Shown here: piece by piece, positions 1 to 13,500 of the stretch
Position numbering within the stretch: the first letter of the stretch is position 1
Layout: each line of letters starts with the position of its first letter
Assembly (NCBI GenBank): GCA_036172245.1
Contig: JAYWIR010000077.1
Location: forward strand, 310,001-363,177
Direction: 5' to 3'
DNA length: 53,177 nucleotides
From: Raillietiella orientalis
Lineage: Eukaryota
Translations under genes and position numbers: made by a program
Notes under the pieces: generated by a model
Databases searched by the model: none
Seen by the model: the letters and a program-made list of their open reading frames with translations, nothing else
Told to the model about the DNA's origin: nothing

Positions 1-3000
1 TGGAATTTTTCGTGGGATTTCTACGTGCCTACCCATATTGTGGTTATCTTATCATGATAGCTGTTGCTGAAACCTCCATTAAAAATATGAACAGAAACTA
101 TAGAAAAGTATGTCATTTCATTTCTCCAAAGGACCATTTCTACAAAAAAAATGCTTCAGTCTTTTTGCCGATTTTCGTTCATGAAAGTTCTATGGATTAT
201 CTGCTTTTACAAAACTATGTATGACTGATATGTAGTGCGGATCCTTGGATGTAAAGTAGTGCTCTGCATTTAATACAGAAGTACCAAGCTAAATACTCTA
301 CTCAGGTGACAAGTAAATATACTCAGGGTCAATTCCCACATATTGCAAATTTAGGTTACCTGCAGTTGTAGAAATGAAATCATTTTTTTTACACTGGCTT
401 GTTATTTGACTTTTATCTTCAATCTAAAAAAATTGTCACGTTCATTAAGACAGTGGTCAATACTGTTTTCATAGACTCCAAAAATTACTTTTTCCAATGA
501 ATGAACCTGTGAAAAAGCAAGAGTGATGCAATGGATATGGTATCCGTATATATATGTATGCATATAAGTTTTTATAACTATCAATTTTTGGTGAAAACTT
601 TTATCCTGAAAGAAAAAAATTTTTTTTCGATTCTTGAAGTTTGAAAATTTCAGAATATATATATTTTTTATCCTGCAAGGTGGTTTTTTGGTTTTCAAAT
701 CAAAATCTTTTGGAATGTTTCTTATTACATGCTGCTTTTCTTGAAATAATAATTTGATGAATCCATGTGGAAAAACAAAAGATGAAAAAATTCGTTGAGC
801 TACCCTAGGTCCAACTGGTAAAATACCTTCACTTCTGTGAAGACTCTATTCAGAACGTTTACAGAAGTACTGTAGAATCAACTATTTGTTCCTTTTGACT
901 AGTTTCCTTGAATGCTTGTCCATGGGTTATCTGTAATCTTGAAAAAAAAATTAAAATGCCACATTCAGGAAAACCATGTTGATTGTGATTGCAGAGGACA
1001 CAGATGAACTTGTGAAGCCATTTCCATTTCTAAACTCACTCGAACTCCAAAGTGTTTATTAGAACAATGTATTCTATATGTTACAAAATCTAATGATTCC
1101 CACAGTGATAATAGGAACAGTTATTTGCAAAACCCAAACTGAATAAATTACATCACAGTAAGGAATTACTGGCAAGAACCATTACATATAAATGAAGTAT
1201 TTTGCATACTTTGAAATGTTCAAATACTTCACCTGATAATCGGAATAGCGCGACTCTTAGCGAGAAAAACTGACATACGTATACAATCGTAGTGTTTATC
1301 CTAATCTTAACGGTGAAAATCATGATTCTAAAATTAAGAGTCGAAAGATCTCACATTTGATTTTTCTCCCTTGAAACATCACCATCAGTAGATATCGACC
1401 TTTCCATAAGGCTATCTACTGAGTTTTTCGAGCTTAAGTATAAGTCTGAGCATATGTGAGAGACAAATGCAAGCAATACTTTTTGAAACTTGAATCTGTG
1501 TTAGGGCGAGTGGTTGAAGGAAGACGAAAACATTTAATTTTCTACTACCATCAGCGGCTTACAGAAATGATTAAAAAGTCATTAAAGAAGTGTGATTTTC
1601 ATGAGTAAATATAAAGTGTAGGTGTAAAATAATATCAAAAAAAGGCAATTTTATTGCGGGCAAGAATATACACCTAAGGACTAAAAAGACATCAAAAGGT
1701 ATTCTCATACTGCATCTCAAAGTCAGAGTGAATTGAAAATGCTTTTATTCCGAATCGACTATAGACTATAGATGGGTTTATTTCATCATGTAAAATCATT
1801 TTTTTCAGCAAAAGAAGCTATTTGATGGGAACTTGGAAGTACATGTGAGAAAATAATTAACAAATGATAATGAGTTTGAAACGTACACTTGAAGATATCG
1901 TAGATAAATTTCTTTTATTCTTTTGTTAATTACATTAATTTTGAAATATACTTTCCTCTTCAAAGTTCATTCCCTAAAGACTGCATTCTTATTATTAACT
2001 ACACTGTCTGCATGAAAGTGTTATTGTTTATGATTAAAACCATACGTGCAAATTAGGATGATAAAATTACACGTGTTTTGTCCTTTAATCTTAAAAACAT
2101 CTGAATTATGGCTCTTTTAGTGACACCAAAATATTTCTTGGAACGTTATAGGAAACTATGAGTGTATGCAACACACGTAGAATCCTATCAGCAATAATAA
2201 AGAAATGAATTATTTTCGAAACTGTATATTTACCTAGTATTCCAGTGTAATTTTGTCGTCCATCAGCAAATCTTTTTATCGACGATTTAACTGAATTCAA
2301 AAGTTATGTGAACATTGATTTTGTATGGAAGAGGATAAGGACTTGCTTCCATATGCCTGTTTTATGCTAATTTAGAAACATCCGTACAGTCAACAAAACA
2401 CACATACATTTAACATTGCATTGCTTCAATTTATATTCAACTGTGATTGCATTCCAGCCTTTCACCTTCATCTAGGAGTAATACCCTGAATTCAAGTACA
2501 GGTAGCCTGTTTCGTCAAAAATCACAAAGAGTAATAGGGTGTTCTTAAAAATTTCTGTAATGATAAATTAGGTTTCAAGTTGATAGACACAGGAACTGAG
2601 AAAACCATTTATGAATTCCTCATAATAAGTGAATAATGAATGCATTAAGGAATAAGTAATAAATAAATTAACAATTGTTTTTCCAATAAAAAGTGCGACA
2701 ACAGATATTTCATTATCAGAAATATCAATGGAAAATCCAAAACATGCACAGACAGAGCACAGAGAATGATCGCATGTTTTCGCTAACACTTTCAAACACA
2801 TAATGAGAAACAACAGAGAGTAAGGAGGTCTTGCAAACTGCAGTTTTGAATTAGCTTTATACAAAGAGAAATGTATTTTTTTTCTTATGAAGTATGAGCA
2901 AATCTGATCTACTAGAATAAATTCAAGTAGCTATTCTTTTTAATTCACCGTATCTTATAAATCTGTGTCAAGAGTACAAAATTCTGAAAAATCTTAGTGA

Positions 3001-3911
3001 AAACTAACAATGTCAAAATATGTCCTGATATAGAAAATACTGTCCGGTAAGAGCTATTTATTTATTTGAAGCATGATTTATTTTACAATTCGCAACCGAA
3101 TCACTAAATAAAAATATTGATTGCCTTTATAATCTTTAATCAAGTGAAGAAGATGTACTTCATTCATGCAATCTTTAAATTCATTCCGTTATTCATTATT
3201 TTTCATTCTTTCTTACTATCTAGTTTCCCAATTACGTTTTTTTTTGGTACAATTTGTATTTGACCACTAAAAGATGCCACGTGTATGATGTCTACGAATC
3301 TTCGTCTCATTCTATATTATCTCGAAAATTTAGGAATTCAAATACATAGATGTTCTGCACTATGTAATTATGCTCGCCCATATGAGGAGAATTTTTATTC
3401 GAACTTTCCTGTATGATTTTGTAAAAAGAAAAAATATTATGTGGATAAATGTTTGCTCATTCTTCAAAAATTTTGACAAAATCTAGTTTCATTGGAATAG
3501 TTAACAACCAGTTTCAAGCAATACGATATTAGAATAGGATATTATCAAAACATCTGAAGTCATAATAAATAGCTTCCATAATCCTGAGGTGATAAGGAAT
3601 TTTCTTGCTTTTATGATGTCAAGTTATTTATTCCCCAGAATGCATACTTTTTTTTCTGTATTGACGAAGAAGGATTTGGTAATGGTGATGTTTTTCGCAT
3701 GTATCGTTTCATGGAACTTGAGGAAGAAAAAAAAATAAAAACAATGCAAAACTATTTTGATTCCTTGTTTTTGAAGAGCATTGAATGATCTCAATGCGTT
3801 GCTGCTTATACATATCTGGTGCGGCGGGTTTTCATGCTGACGTATTATTGGCAGTTGTAATGATATTTGATAAGTGTTACTTGTGTGACGTTTGGACAAA
3901 ATGCGATAGAA

Positions 3912-5594
3912 ATGGCTAAACATAAGAAACATAAGAGTAAGAAGAAGAAAGCTCACACTCATAATACTAGTTCTGAAAATTCCGATGATGAATGGGTCGA
4001 GGTTACAGGTAGCCCCATTGATAATGAAGTTAAAGGTGCTAAAGAACAAAAAATACATGAAGAGAAACAGTGGAAAGATTTCTTCAGTGATAAAGCATCA
4101 TTAAAAGTACGTGAAATTAAACAGGAATCCTCGTTTGTTGATGTTGGGCAGTCCGACAGAGAATTAAATCCTTATTGGAAAGATGGAGGATGTGGTCTAC
4201 CCATGAAGAAGCCTAGCTTTGTGAAGAATCCTGTAGTAGGAGATGGAGGAGCGAGCTGGAGAATGAAGGCCTTGAAACGCGCCAAAGAAAGAGCCCAAGA
4301 AGAAGGAAGAGATCTGCAATCTGTTATTGAAGAAAGATGGGGTTCAACGTTCTCTTTTAAAGCTGATAAAGGTGTGAAAAACTTTCAAAGAGAGAGTGAT
4401 ACCACAAAAGGGAATTTACGAAAATGGCAAAAAAGCACGTATGCTGAAATAAACTCACCAATCACCGACTTTTCACCGGAAATTTCTTCGTCAGCCGATG
4501 TTTCTGTTGATGTATCTTCAAATGCAAATGAACTCAGTGCAAAAATTCTGAAAGCAGAGTTGATGGGACATACACAGTTAGTTCAAAAACTCAAAAAAGA
4601 TCTTGCTTCAATGCCTGCAGAAAGATGTGCACCATCCAATACAGCACTTTTCAAAAACAAAACTCAGAGCCTGACATTAAAACAAGACAACAGACACAAA
4701 AGAATTAAACAAAGAAAATTACTTGAATATGAAGAAATGCCTTTGAGTTCAATGTTCATTCAAGAGAAAATCACAAATCCAGCAAGGAAGTACCTCAGTG
4801 ATTTGTCTGCAGAGACCAGTGATGAATTGATCAATGCGATGAATCAAGAAAGCAGGTTTTATCGACTCAGCACAGAGTACACTTTGAAGAAAACCAAATG
4901 TAGTAGTATGTCATTGGATACATGTCAGTTATGTTTTGATAGTCAAAAAATCAACAAGCATCTTATAATAGCAGCAGGCAAACATACATATCTTGCTTTA
5001 CCGAAATACAAATCCTTGAGAAAAGGGCACTGTCTGATTGTTCCATTACTTCATGTAGGATGTTATCTGTATCTGGAAGAAGATAGTTGGGTAGAAACAA
5101 AGCAGTTTATGCAATCTCTGGTTGAAATGTTCAGAAATAATGGAGATGACTGTGTGTTTTTTGAAACAGTGATTTCTCTGAAGTCTTATCCTCACACAGT
5201 TCTGGAATGTATACCAATACCCAATACCTACACTGAAAGTGTGTCAATGTTTTTTAAAAAAGCACTTTCTGATTGTGAAGCAGAATGGTCTCTGAACAAA
5301 AAAATCATTGATTTGACTAGCATAGACGAAGTTCAGAGGAAATTGCCTAAAGGCTTGTCATATTTCTTTGTTACTTTTTCACAAAATGGAAACCTAGGAA
5401 GAGGTTTTGGTCATGTCATAGAAGATGAAAAGCTGTTTCCAAGTTATTTTGGTAAAGAAGTTCTTGGAGAAATGCTAGATCTGGACTATCATTTGTGGCG
5501 GAAAATGTTACCTGAAGACCTTGGAGCTCAATTGCAGAAAGTGATGGAGTTTTCTGAACTTTATAAAGACTTTGATTGGACCTTCCATCAGTAA
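3912..5594 (+). CDS. CWF19L2: CWF19-like protein 2 (CwfJ family, intron-lariat spliceosome), intronless, ~560 aa
   Basis: Lys-rich N-terminus, RELNPYWKDGGCGLP and VGDGGASWRMKALKRAKE motifs, and CwfJ C-terminal domains (CQLCFDS, GHCLIVPLLH, FFKKALSDCEAEWSLNKK, LPKGLSYFFV, GFGHVIED, FDWT). First in-frame ATG is at 3912; the ORF track starts at an upstream TTG. Confidence 0.95.
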   Translation: MAKHKKHKSKKKKAHTHNTSSENSDDEWVEVTGSPIDNEVKGAKEQKIHEEKQWKDFFSDKASLKVREIKQESSFVDVGQSDRELNPYWKDGGCGLPMKKPSFVKNPVVGDGGASWRMKALKRAKERAQEEGRDLQSVIEERWGSTFSFKADKGVKNFQRESDTTKGNLRKWQKSTYAEINSPITDFSPEISSSADVSVDVSSNANELSAKILKAELMGHTQLVQKLKKDLASMPAERCAPSNTALFKNKTQSLTLKQDNRHKRIKQRKLLEYEEMPLSSMFIQEKITNPARKYLSDLSAETSDELINAMNQESRFYRLSTEYTLKKTKCSSMSLDTCQLCFDSQKINKHLIIAAGKHTYLALPKYKSLRKGHCLIVPLLHVGCYLYLEEDSWVETKQFMQSLVEMFRNNGDDCVFFETVISLKSYPHTVLECIPIPNTYTESVSMFFKKALSDCEAEWSLNKKIIDLTSIDEVQRKLPKGLSYFFVTFSQNGNLGRGFGHVIEDEKLFPSYFGKEVLGEMLDLDYHLWRKMLPEDLGAQLQKVMEFSELYKDFDWTFHQ

Positions 5595-5710
5595 TTGATT
5601 CCAGAGAATGTGTCAAATATAACATCTTTTATCTTTGTGTGATTGAGGGTGTTTGTATTGTCAAACAACAAATATCAAGTGCAAATTAATTGCAGCACTC
5701 TGTAGGTATT

Positions 5711-6871
5711 ATGATGGCATGGAGGGAAGGTGGGAAGCAGTTGGAATCTGAAGTGTGTAGCTGCATTGAACCTCACCTTTATTTGGGAGGAATCAAAGCT
5801 TCAATGAATGTTCTATTGTTGGAAAAGTTGCATATAAAGTATATTCTGACCTTGGATATTTACCCAATACCACAACATGATGATAAAATTAAATTCCTAC
5901 ACATTCATGGTAGAGTGAAAGATTTATTTTATACGAGAACTTAACAAATTATCAGTGACAGATACCCTGAATGCAGATCTTTTATCTCATTTTGATAATA
6001 CCTTTAATTTCATCTGTGAAGGACAACAGCAAGGTGGAGTTCTGATACACTGGTGAGTAATGTATTAACTATTCAATATCATGCTGTAAATAGTGTTCAA
6101 GGAATTTCCCGCAGTGCTACTGTGCTGGCAGCATATTTAATGCGGAAATATGATCTTTCTGTAGATCAAAGTCTGGAAAAAATTCGAAATAAGCGATCTT
6201 GCATTAATCCAAATCCAGGATTCCAGAAACAACTGCATCTGTATAGGTATTTGGGGTGCAGGCTGGACCTTGATAAAGCACCATATAAATTATATTTGCT
6301 GAAGAATTTTGTATCCAAGTTAGCAGCAGGTATTACTTGTTGCCACACATTCTATCACACACCTTTCAGAACGCAGAATATCTATGCTGTCCTCTGCTCC
6401 CACTTGGAAAAATTCCACTTGTGATACTCAAATCTACTACAGATGTTGTTTGTGCAGGTTGGCTAAAGTAGTTTCTTTGTACTGGTTCAATCTGGCTGTT
6501 TAGAACAGTCATTGGCTCAAAGTGTAATGAACTGGGACATAGAAAAAATATGGACATGGTTTGGTATGATCCACAAACTTGTGTTTCGGGGTTTGCTGAA
6601 AACCAAGATTGTTGTCAAGGGATATTTTTGGAACCAATGACTTGGATGAAAGAAATCTACAAATCGTTTGAAGGCAAACTATATTGTCATAAATGCCACA
6701 CAAAATTAGGAAATTTTAACTGGCTTGCAGGTTTGAAGATTTGTATATTTCTCATATGGATGATGTGTTTATGCATCAGGATATCAGTGTTCATGTGGTG
6801 CAAAATGTCTCCCTGGTTTCTACATCACGGCACGTAAGATTGAAAGGAGCAGAATTCCTACGTGGATATAA
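5711..6871 (+). CDS. DUSP12: Dual-specificity phosphatase 12 / YVH1. Exons 5711-5909, 5956-6052, 6094-6329, 6370-6457, 6504-6730, 6780-6871
   Basis: Five GT-AG introns (46, 41, 40, 46, 49 nt) splice in frame. The spliced protein has IEPHLYLG, catalytic HCVQGISRSAT, INPNPGFQKQL and the C-terminal Zn-binding domain (YRCCLCR...FLEPMTWM...GKLYCHKCHTKLGNFNW...QCSCG). Confidence 0.93.
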
Positions 6872-6999
6872 TGCTTAATACATTAGTACCCAAGGAAGAG
6901 AAAATGATTCTTGGGAACAGCATTCAATATAACTCTTGATTCACAACTTCTTCGTCACGAGCTCTTAATCCAATACATTGCATCATGCACGCAAACAAA

Positions 7000-9900
7000 A
7001 AAAGTATAGTACTTCACTCTCATTATTTGCTTTACCTTTCCACTAATTGGACAATTATACACGAAAACAAAACTAGACATTTAGATACAAGCGCTCACTC
7101 AGTGTTGCCGCCAAACTTGAATCAGGAACTCCGGTAAATAAAAATCCATCCTCAGAGAAAGCAAGTGTTAGTGCATCTATAGCATTGTACACCACGTCTC
7201 CTCTTGAAAAAATCGAATTGATCCATCATTTTATATCGGAAAAGGTAAATGTGGACCCTCTGAGACTGGAAATTGATTTCTCCTTAACTTGCACGCGAAA
7301 ATACAGTACTGTCCAGAACTACACGAATCAACACGTGTATATATTTTAAACAATCTGCGTTTTCTATATTGAGAATAGAAGTAAGTAATGTAACCATACG
7401 GTTTCCAAGAATTTCTGCGACTTAGAATCCTACGTGATTTGAATGGAGGTGGCAATGAGGCTGATGGACCTTTTCGATACGGAGAGATTAGGAAGATGAG
7501 AAATCTTTTGGTTTGAGAGGATTGCGATCGGTATTGACGGTGAAGCAAATGCGTCCGTAGTGGTACTGCTGTTGCTGACTGTGGCATCTGTCACTTTATT
7601 TAAACGCGAGCTTAGAGAATGGGTGCAATGGCGAAAGGGGAAGCATGAGGTGAGGATGTAAGTTCTACAGGCTGCAAGTGAAGGATGAAGTTATTAGGTA
7701 AGCGTAATTAGGAATTGGTTGAAAGAAAGGTTCCGAATTGAATCCTGGAATGATGTTGCTAGTGATATGGAATGGTTTCTTGAGGTTGAGTAAGGGAAGA
7801 AGAGGACTTACATTCTTTGCATGTTCTTGCAGAGGAAGGATGCATACTTTCAAGGTGTGAGATTTGTTAAGGAAAGGTACTGTTCTTCCTGCAGTTCATG
7901 AAATTCCCTCGGAAATGTGAGAGTTCATTACGTTGCTGTGAATTCGAACACATAGGGAGGTATTGGAAAGCGTACGAGTAGCAGATCTGCTTCTATTTCC
8001 AAAGTTGGATAGATGGAATGCGTCTGAATGGAATTCTCAGGAGTTCGCTGTTTGCCCTTCCGATCTTGGAGGGGATGACGAGGAATTGGTCTTGGGAGAG
8101 AAGGTGAAAAATGGTGGTGGAATATTGTCTCTTTATTTTAAGAAAAATAAGGATTTTCTGTCCACTGAAGACCATTGACGTCATGGGTATTCCTAGGAAG
8201 GTGAGGAACGAAGTGTTTGGTTGTAATACATGTGGTTGTGGAGTAAGGTGTGATGCGTCTCGATATGGGCGCGATGGAGTGCTGCATGAACTGTTGGAGG
8301 ATTTTCAATCGTTTGAGGTTCCTGTAGTTGTGTGGCGAAGCTGGCTTATGAGAGGGCAAATTGTAGGCTGATGAGAAGTGGCCGACAGCATGCTATGCTC
8401 AAGCATTCTCTTCAGTTGCTCCAGGCTGGTGTGCAAGCATTCGTGAAGCAAATAGAGGTGCAATATGCTCATTGTTGTCATGCGCATATAAGAATGCAGC
8501 GGGAAGAAAGAATACTGTTGCAGTGTGTGGTACAAGGCCCAAAGAATACGAGGAAGCATCTTTCTTGGATTTATCTCTCTTTCACCATGGAAAGAAATAT
8601 CAGCAATAGTATGCAATTCTGAAAACTCCCCTCCTTGAACGGATGAAATCACTCTGATTGGTGAAGCAATTTTAGCATATGTACAGCCTAAGCGTGTACA
8701 AAAGCAAGGTGTTCGAGCACACGACGAAGAGGGAGTAAACGAGATCAGCCAGCCTGCCTGCTCGGCGCCTTTTGTGGCAGAGTATAAAAACATATGAAAT
8801 TACTTTTCTTATTTCTTCTATCACATGCCTTCATGAACATATCAATCAGTGCACGAACTTCTATAACAATCGTATGATTCACTCTAAGAACATCTTCAGT
8901 ACATACACACACATGCACACACAGTATGGGTACACATGCTGTATGTGGGTCTAAGAAAATTTTATTTCATTTTCGCTTTAGTGTACAACGAGTCGGAATG
9001 TGTTGATTGAAAGTGCTGGAACTTGTAAATACTGGCAATTTGTTGATCAGAGGTTTAGGAAATTAGGATCCCTTTAAAGTGAGACAATAAAGAACAAAGA
9101 GGGTTTCGGGAACAGCATAACCGTCTGTAGATAGCATTTTTGGTTCTGAATTCATTTTTGTATTTGCTGTTCCTTTTTATTTTTGATCTCTTTTGAGAAA
9201 CCTTCCTGGTGAAGTTTACCTTTTGCGAATTCACTTGCCATCCAATGAATCTGATTCTACTTTTGGTTTCCTCGAATGCACTCGATGTGTGGATAAGTTG
9301 TTCTTGGACTGCAAATGAGCATAAAGTGATACAATTGCCCTAATGGAGTTCTGCTTGTGTGTTTGAAATCCAGTACCTTCCTGAGATTCCTCATAGTACT
9401 TGCATGCCGTTTGGTTTTGGAAGGTTGTGCTTAAGTTGGTGGTCATGAATGCTTTTCAAATCTCCGAAGCAACACTCCAATGGTGTTCCTAAAAACGACA
9501 AGTGACCTGTATTGGTGAATGACAATAGATTTCCTATTCGCATTCTGCCATATGGCCCACAGAAACAGGGCCTCAGCATCAGTTCTACGAGAACCATCAT
9601 GTTATTTTGGACAGCTGCAGTCACAAACGTGTATCAGTTTTGAGAGGAATCCTTCAAAATGGACGTACTAAAGTACTTCTGGATATATTTTCTGAACATA
9701 CATTTTGTCAACAATGTTTAGCGAAGATTATAAATATATATATATATATATATATATGCACCTTTCGTAGTCATGGAAATCAACTTACACATATCACAAA
9801 TGCATAAGAAACCTTTATACAAGCCTCAAATTTAAAACTTTTTCATTCCATAGGCACAAGGCATTGTAGTGAATGTGTCACGAATAAACGAAAATGCACA

Positions 9901-12900
9901 TGTATCCGCTTGCTTTCATTACCAAGTGTGATGGGTGGAGGATCTGGTTTCGAATGGTAACAAATGCAGTTCCTCTACGTTTAGCCGCAGGTCCTTGCAG
10001 CATTTCGTGGTTTCATAGGAACCGTTTGTTAATCGGCAAATACAAATGCTAAACAATGCTGAGAATTTCAGCATCCACTAGTTGGAATCTCTGGTTGCCT
10101 ATGGAACAAGTCCATGTTCTATCCATGTAGAGAATCTGTGCATTCTCCGATATTTTAGGAGGTTGAGATGTTGTTCTATTCTTTTTGCTTGCTGAAAACA
10201 TGCGTGATTGATTGAACCCTAATTTAGTGGGAATGCGAGTGAGTTTTCTTTCGGGGTGGTGGTGCAGTGACCGAGAGGAGCAGTGGGCCACGTGCCTCGA
10301 ACTTGAGGATGGTGGAGATGCCACCCGGGTACTTCGGGACGTTTATTAAAAAAAACGTTTCACTCGTCATTACAGTGTGTGGTACAAGGCCCAACTAACG
10401 GCCACATAATGCCGGACCTGCCGGGACACCGGGACGCAGCCCGGTGTGACTCTCCTCGGCAGTGGAAGGGGATGGGGAAGAAAACAAAAAGAAAAATAAA
10501 CCAGTAAACCAAAAAAAAAAGAGTTTTTTTGGGGAAAGGAAGGGATCACAGTCCACTGGGAGGAGGGTCCATCCTTAGCAGGATATCCTCGATGTCCATC
10601 TTCAATCTTCCCAGCTGGAGCCATCCAATAGCTCTCCGCAGGAAGCGAACAGCATACGGGATGACAGCCATCGCATTTGAATCCACTCCTTCGCCGCAGG
10701 TATCGCTCCAGGCCGCCACGATGCCTCGAATACAGCAGAGTGCTGCCACGGCTGCAGCTGGCTCAAGGGCGTCCCGAACGAAGAGAAGACGGAGAACGTC
10801 GCTGGGTTGGCTGCCCACAGGGAGACCGAAGGTCGTCCCGAACCGTTCCCAGAGGGGACGGAGGGCAGCACAGTCAACAAGTAGGTGGGAGAACGATTCC
10901 CGCTCTCCGCACCTGGCACACTGAGGATCCACCGCTCCCCTTGTCCAGTGGAAGCGGCGTGCGTTGCAGGGTAAACCCCAATGCAGCAGTAGCAGCGCCG
11001 ATTCTTGCCACTTAAGGGGCAGGATCCTCGATTCCAACAACACCGGGGGCCACTTCAGCGCATCCATGGGGATGGCGAGCAGCTCACCCCATCGCAAAAG
11101 TCCTCTCGGCTGGACGCTCGGGGCCGTGGCGTGGGTCCGCCAGTTCTCTTGTTGTCCAGCCGCTTAACATCTTCTCCCTGCCTGCGATTCGGCAGGAGAC
11201 TTGCCACCTCGGCTTCTGGATGCCGCTAAGCGCTCTCCGGAGGTAGGGCATCGCCGTAGCAAGGGGGGTCGTCTCTGCCCACGTGCAACCCGCGGGAAAT
11301 TCAAGTATTTCCCGCAGGGTGCGGCGGGCGTATGGGCCGACACGCAGGCAATTCATGGGGTCTTCACTCCTCTGGTTTAGCTTAGCCCAGGTGCCAGCAG
11401 TCTCCTTCAGCCAGGCGGAGGAGTTGGCGAGGCTACAAACCATCCAGCTGTTCTCCTTCGCCAGGGTTGCCATGAGCCCGGGCAGTAGGCCGCATCTTCG
11501 GATCTTCCGACCGGAGCACAGAAGAAAAGACGCGAGTCCTTCGCACCGGGACACACGACTGGCGAGGAGGCGAGCCGGAATGCACCAAGGGGTGCTCCAC
11601 ATCTTCGCTGCGATGGCGAGGGTGCGCCATCGCAGCTGAATTTCCACGCGCTCCAGCGTCAGGAGGCTCGAGACCTAAGACCGCCGTCCCGACGTGGAGC
11701 GCACAAGTCCCTCAGAGGTACTTGGGGCCTGGATGCTGGAGGATGGTGGAGCAGAATGAATGAATGGCCCGATTTCGAAGGAATGGTATTCATTCCTTGA
11801 GCACCATTTTCACGGATTGCGTGAAGTCTCTCCGAAAAAACTGCTGCTGATTGCAGAAATTTCTTTGCACCACATATGCTGGAAGGGTACGATCCTAGGT
11901 ACAGGATGGGGAAGAGGAATAGGTATGGAACACCTGCGGAGTGTCCATATCAAAAGGAAGATGGGGGCAATCGAGTGAGAATTTGAAATAAGGAGTCAGA
12001 TAAGGCAAGCAGTCGGTTGAAGGCCATGGAGTGCTGCGTCAACAAACGCGGTGATGTAATGGGGAATGGAAGCAGGAAACATGCTCGTGAATAGGAGACA
12101 GACGGGGATGGTAATGATTAGGGAAGTCGACGAAAAAGAAACATCTCTTTTGAAAAAAGGGAAACACGGACTTTTGTGATTTCTTTGCAGCATTGGCTCC
12201 TAAGAAACCAATTGCGTTGAGGCGGGGTGCTGCTATGGCGTGTAGTTCGGTTTTATCAACAGAGTTTGAGTAAAAGCCGAATGGTGGGTGAGCCCTGCAC
12301 GGGGTGAAATATGAACAGAAGATGAATGCGAGTTAGAAGCCTTCAGGAAAAACAAATGCAGTGATCGGAAATTGGAAAATTTTTAGTATTCTTGAGAAAA
12401 GGGTACTTGGAAATCGATACTCTCGTTTCCATTCTGTTTTTTCCAGGCAACTCACCAACGTGGATAACCTGAAGAGTGTAAGTTGAGTGTGTTTCTTGCA
12501 TGCGCAACGGGTTAGAGAGAGGAGTGTGGATGGTGCTTAGGGAGAATGAAGGATGAATCATGGTTGTGCATTGGTGAAGGGGCAATGGTTGGTGGACTGG
12601 CGTTGCATTGATCTTTTCATGTACATACAGGTTCTGTTAGTGAAGTTGTAGGGTTGGATGAGGACCATGGCTAATTTATAAAGATCTGTTCGTGAGGAAT
12701 AGAGATGAGCTTACTTTGGGTATTTAAGGGTGTAAGAATTTGGACACATATGCCAGGTAATGTGGTCACATGCGACTGAATCTCAGAGGGATACCCGGTG
12801 AATGAAGGATGTTCAGGTTTCGAAAAGTAGAAGGAGAGACATAGGGTCAGTGTGTTCCTTTTCTAGGTATGTAGAATGGTAAGTGAGATGAATATTGAAT

Positions 12901-13500
12901 GCTTCAGCAAGTCTGCATGGAAAGTGACCTTGGAAGGATGCAAAAAAAAGAGCAGATGATGGGAATGGATATGGCGCAAATGTGGCTTGATTTTCGATAA
13001 TGATGAAAGCTAAGGCAATAAAGATGTTGATTGATAGAGTATCGGAGGAGGCACCTGAGTTAATGACGATGGTTTTCGATAGTGATTTGATTCTGGTGAC
13101 GAGTCTGTGCAGAGGACCGTTGTGTAGGGATAGTAAAAGTTTTGAAGACTAAAGTTTGCATGGATGCAGTAAGATGGAATATCTGGTGGAGGGATGGAAC
13201 ATGGACAGCGAAGAGGAGATGGTGTTTACCATGAGTTTTCTGTTTCGGTGAGCGGTATGGAGGCTGATGCACGTACAAAACGGGATGTGAAGAGCATGAT
13301 TAGATGGTGGATGGCAGCTCTAGAGAAGCGAAGGACCTAAAGCCAACATGTGGGTACCATGTGTGGAATAGAATCAGCTACTTGAATGTCAAAGTTTCGG
13401 TGTTCCCACTCGACAAGGTTTCTTTCTTTGCAGTCATCTGTATATGGTACTCATTTAGGTTGTTGAAGTCAAGGGGTCGACTAGGGTCGAGTTGAGTGGG
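7000..13500 (-). mobile_element. Heavily degenerated RLE-type (NeSL/Utopia-like) non-LTR retrotransposon, split by the Tx1-like insertion at 10318-11738; outer boundaries approximate
   Basis: Minus-strand remnants run in the expected order: possible Zn-finger region (~12.5-13.3 kb), SPIRVISSVQGG (GVxQG-like, ~8.65 kb), AYAHD (YADD-like, ~8.48 kb), SIQLWK (SxLxPWQK-like, ~8.0 kb), ARLNKV (~7.6 kb). Many stops and frameshifts. Confidence 0.5.
10318..11738 (-). mobile_element. 5'-truncated L1/Tx1-clade retrotransposon (copy A): ORF2 C-terminus and 3'UTR, with 13-bp TSD
   Basis: CAPRRDGGLG motif and zf-RVT-type CARCGERESFSHLLVDC. Perfect flanking direct repeat GAGGATGGTGGAG at 10305-10317 and 11739-11751. 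Near-identical to 35.13-36.53 kb. Confidence 0.9.

Noticed and set aside
3867..3911. ORF-track TTG start for CWF19L2 (and GTG start at 51507 for CWC22)
   Set aside because: These are eukaryotic genes, and the first in-frame ATGs (3912 and 51462) fit better.
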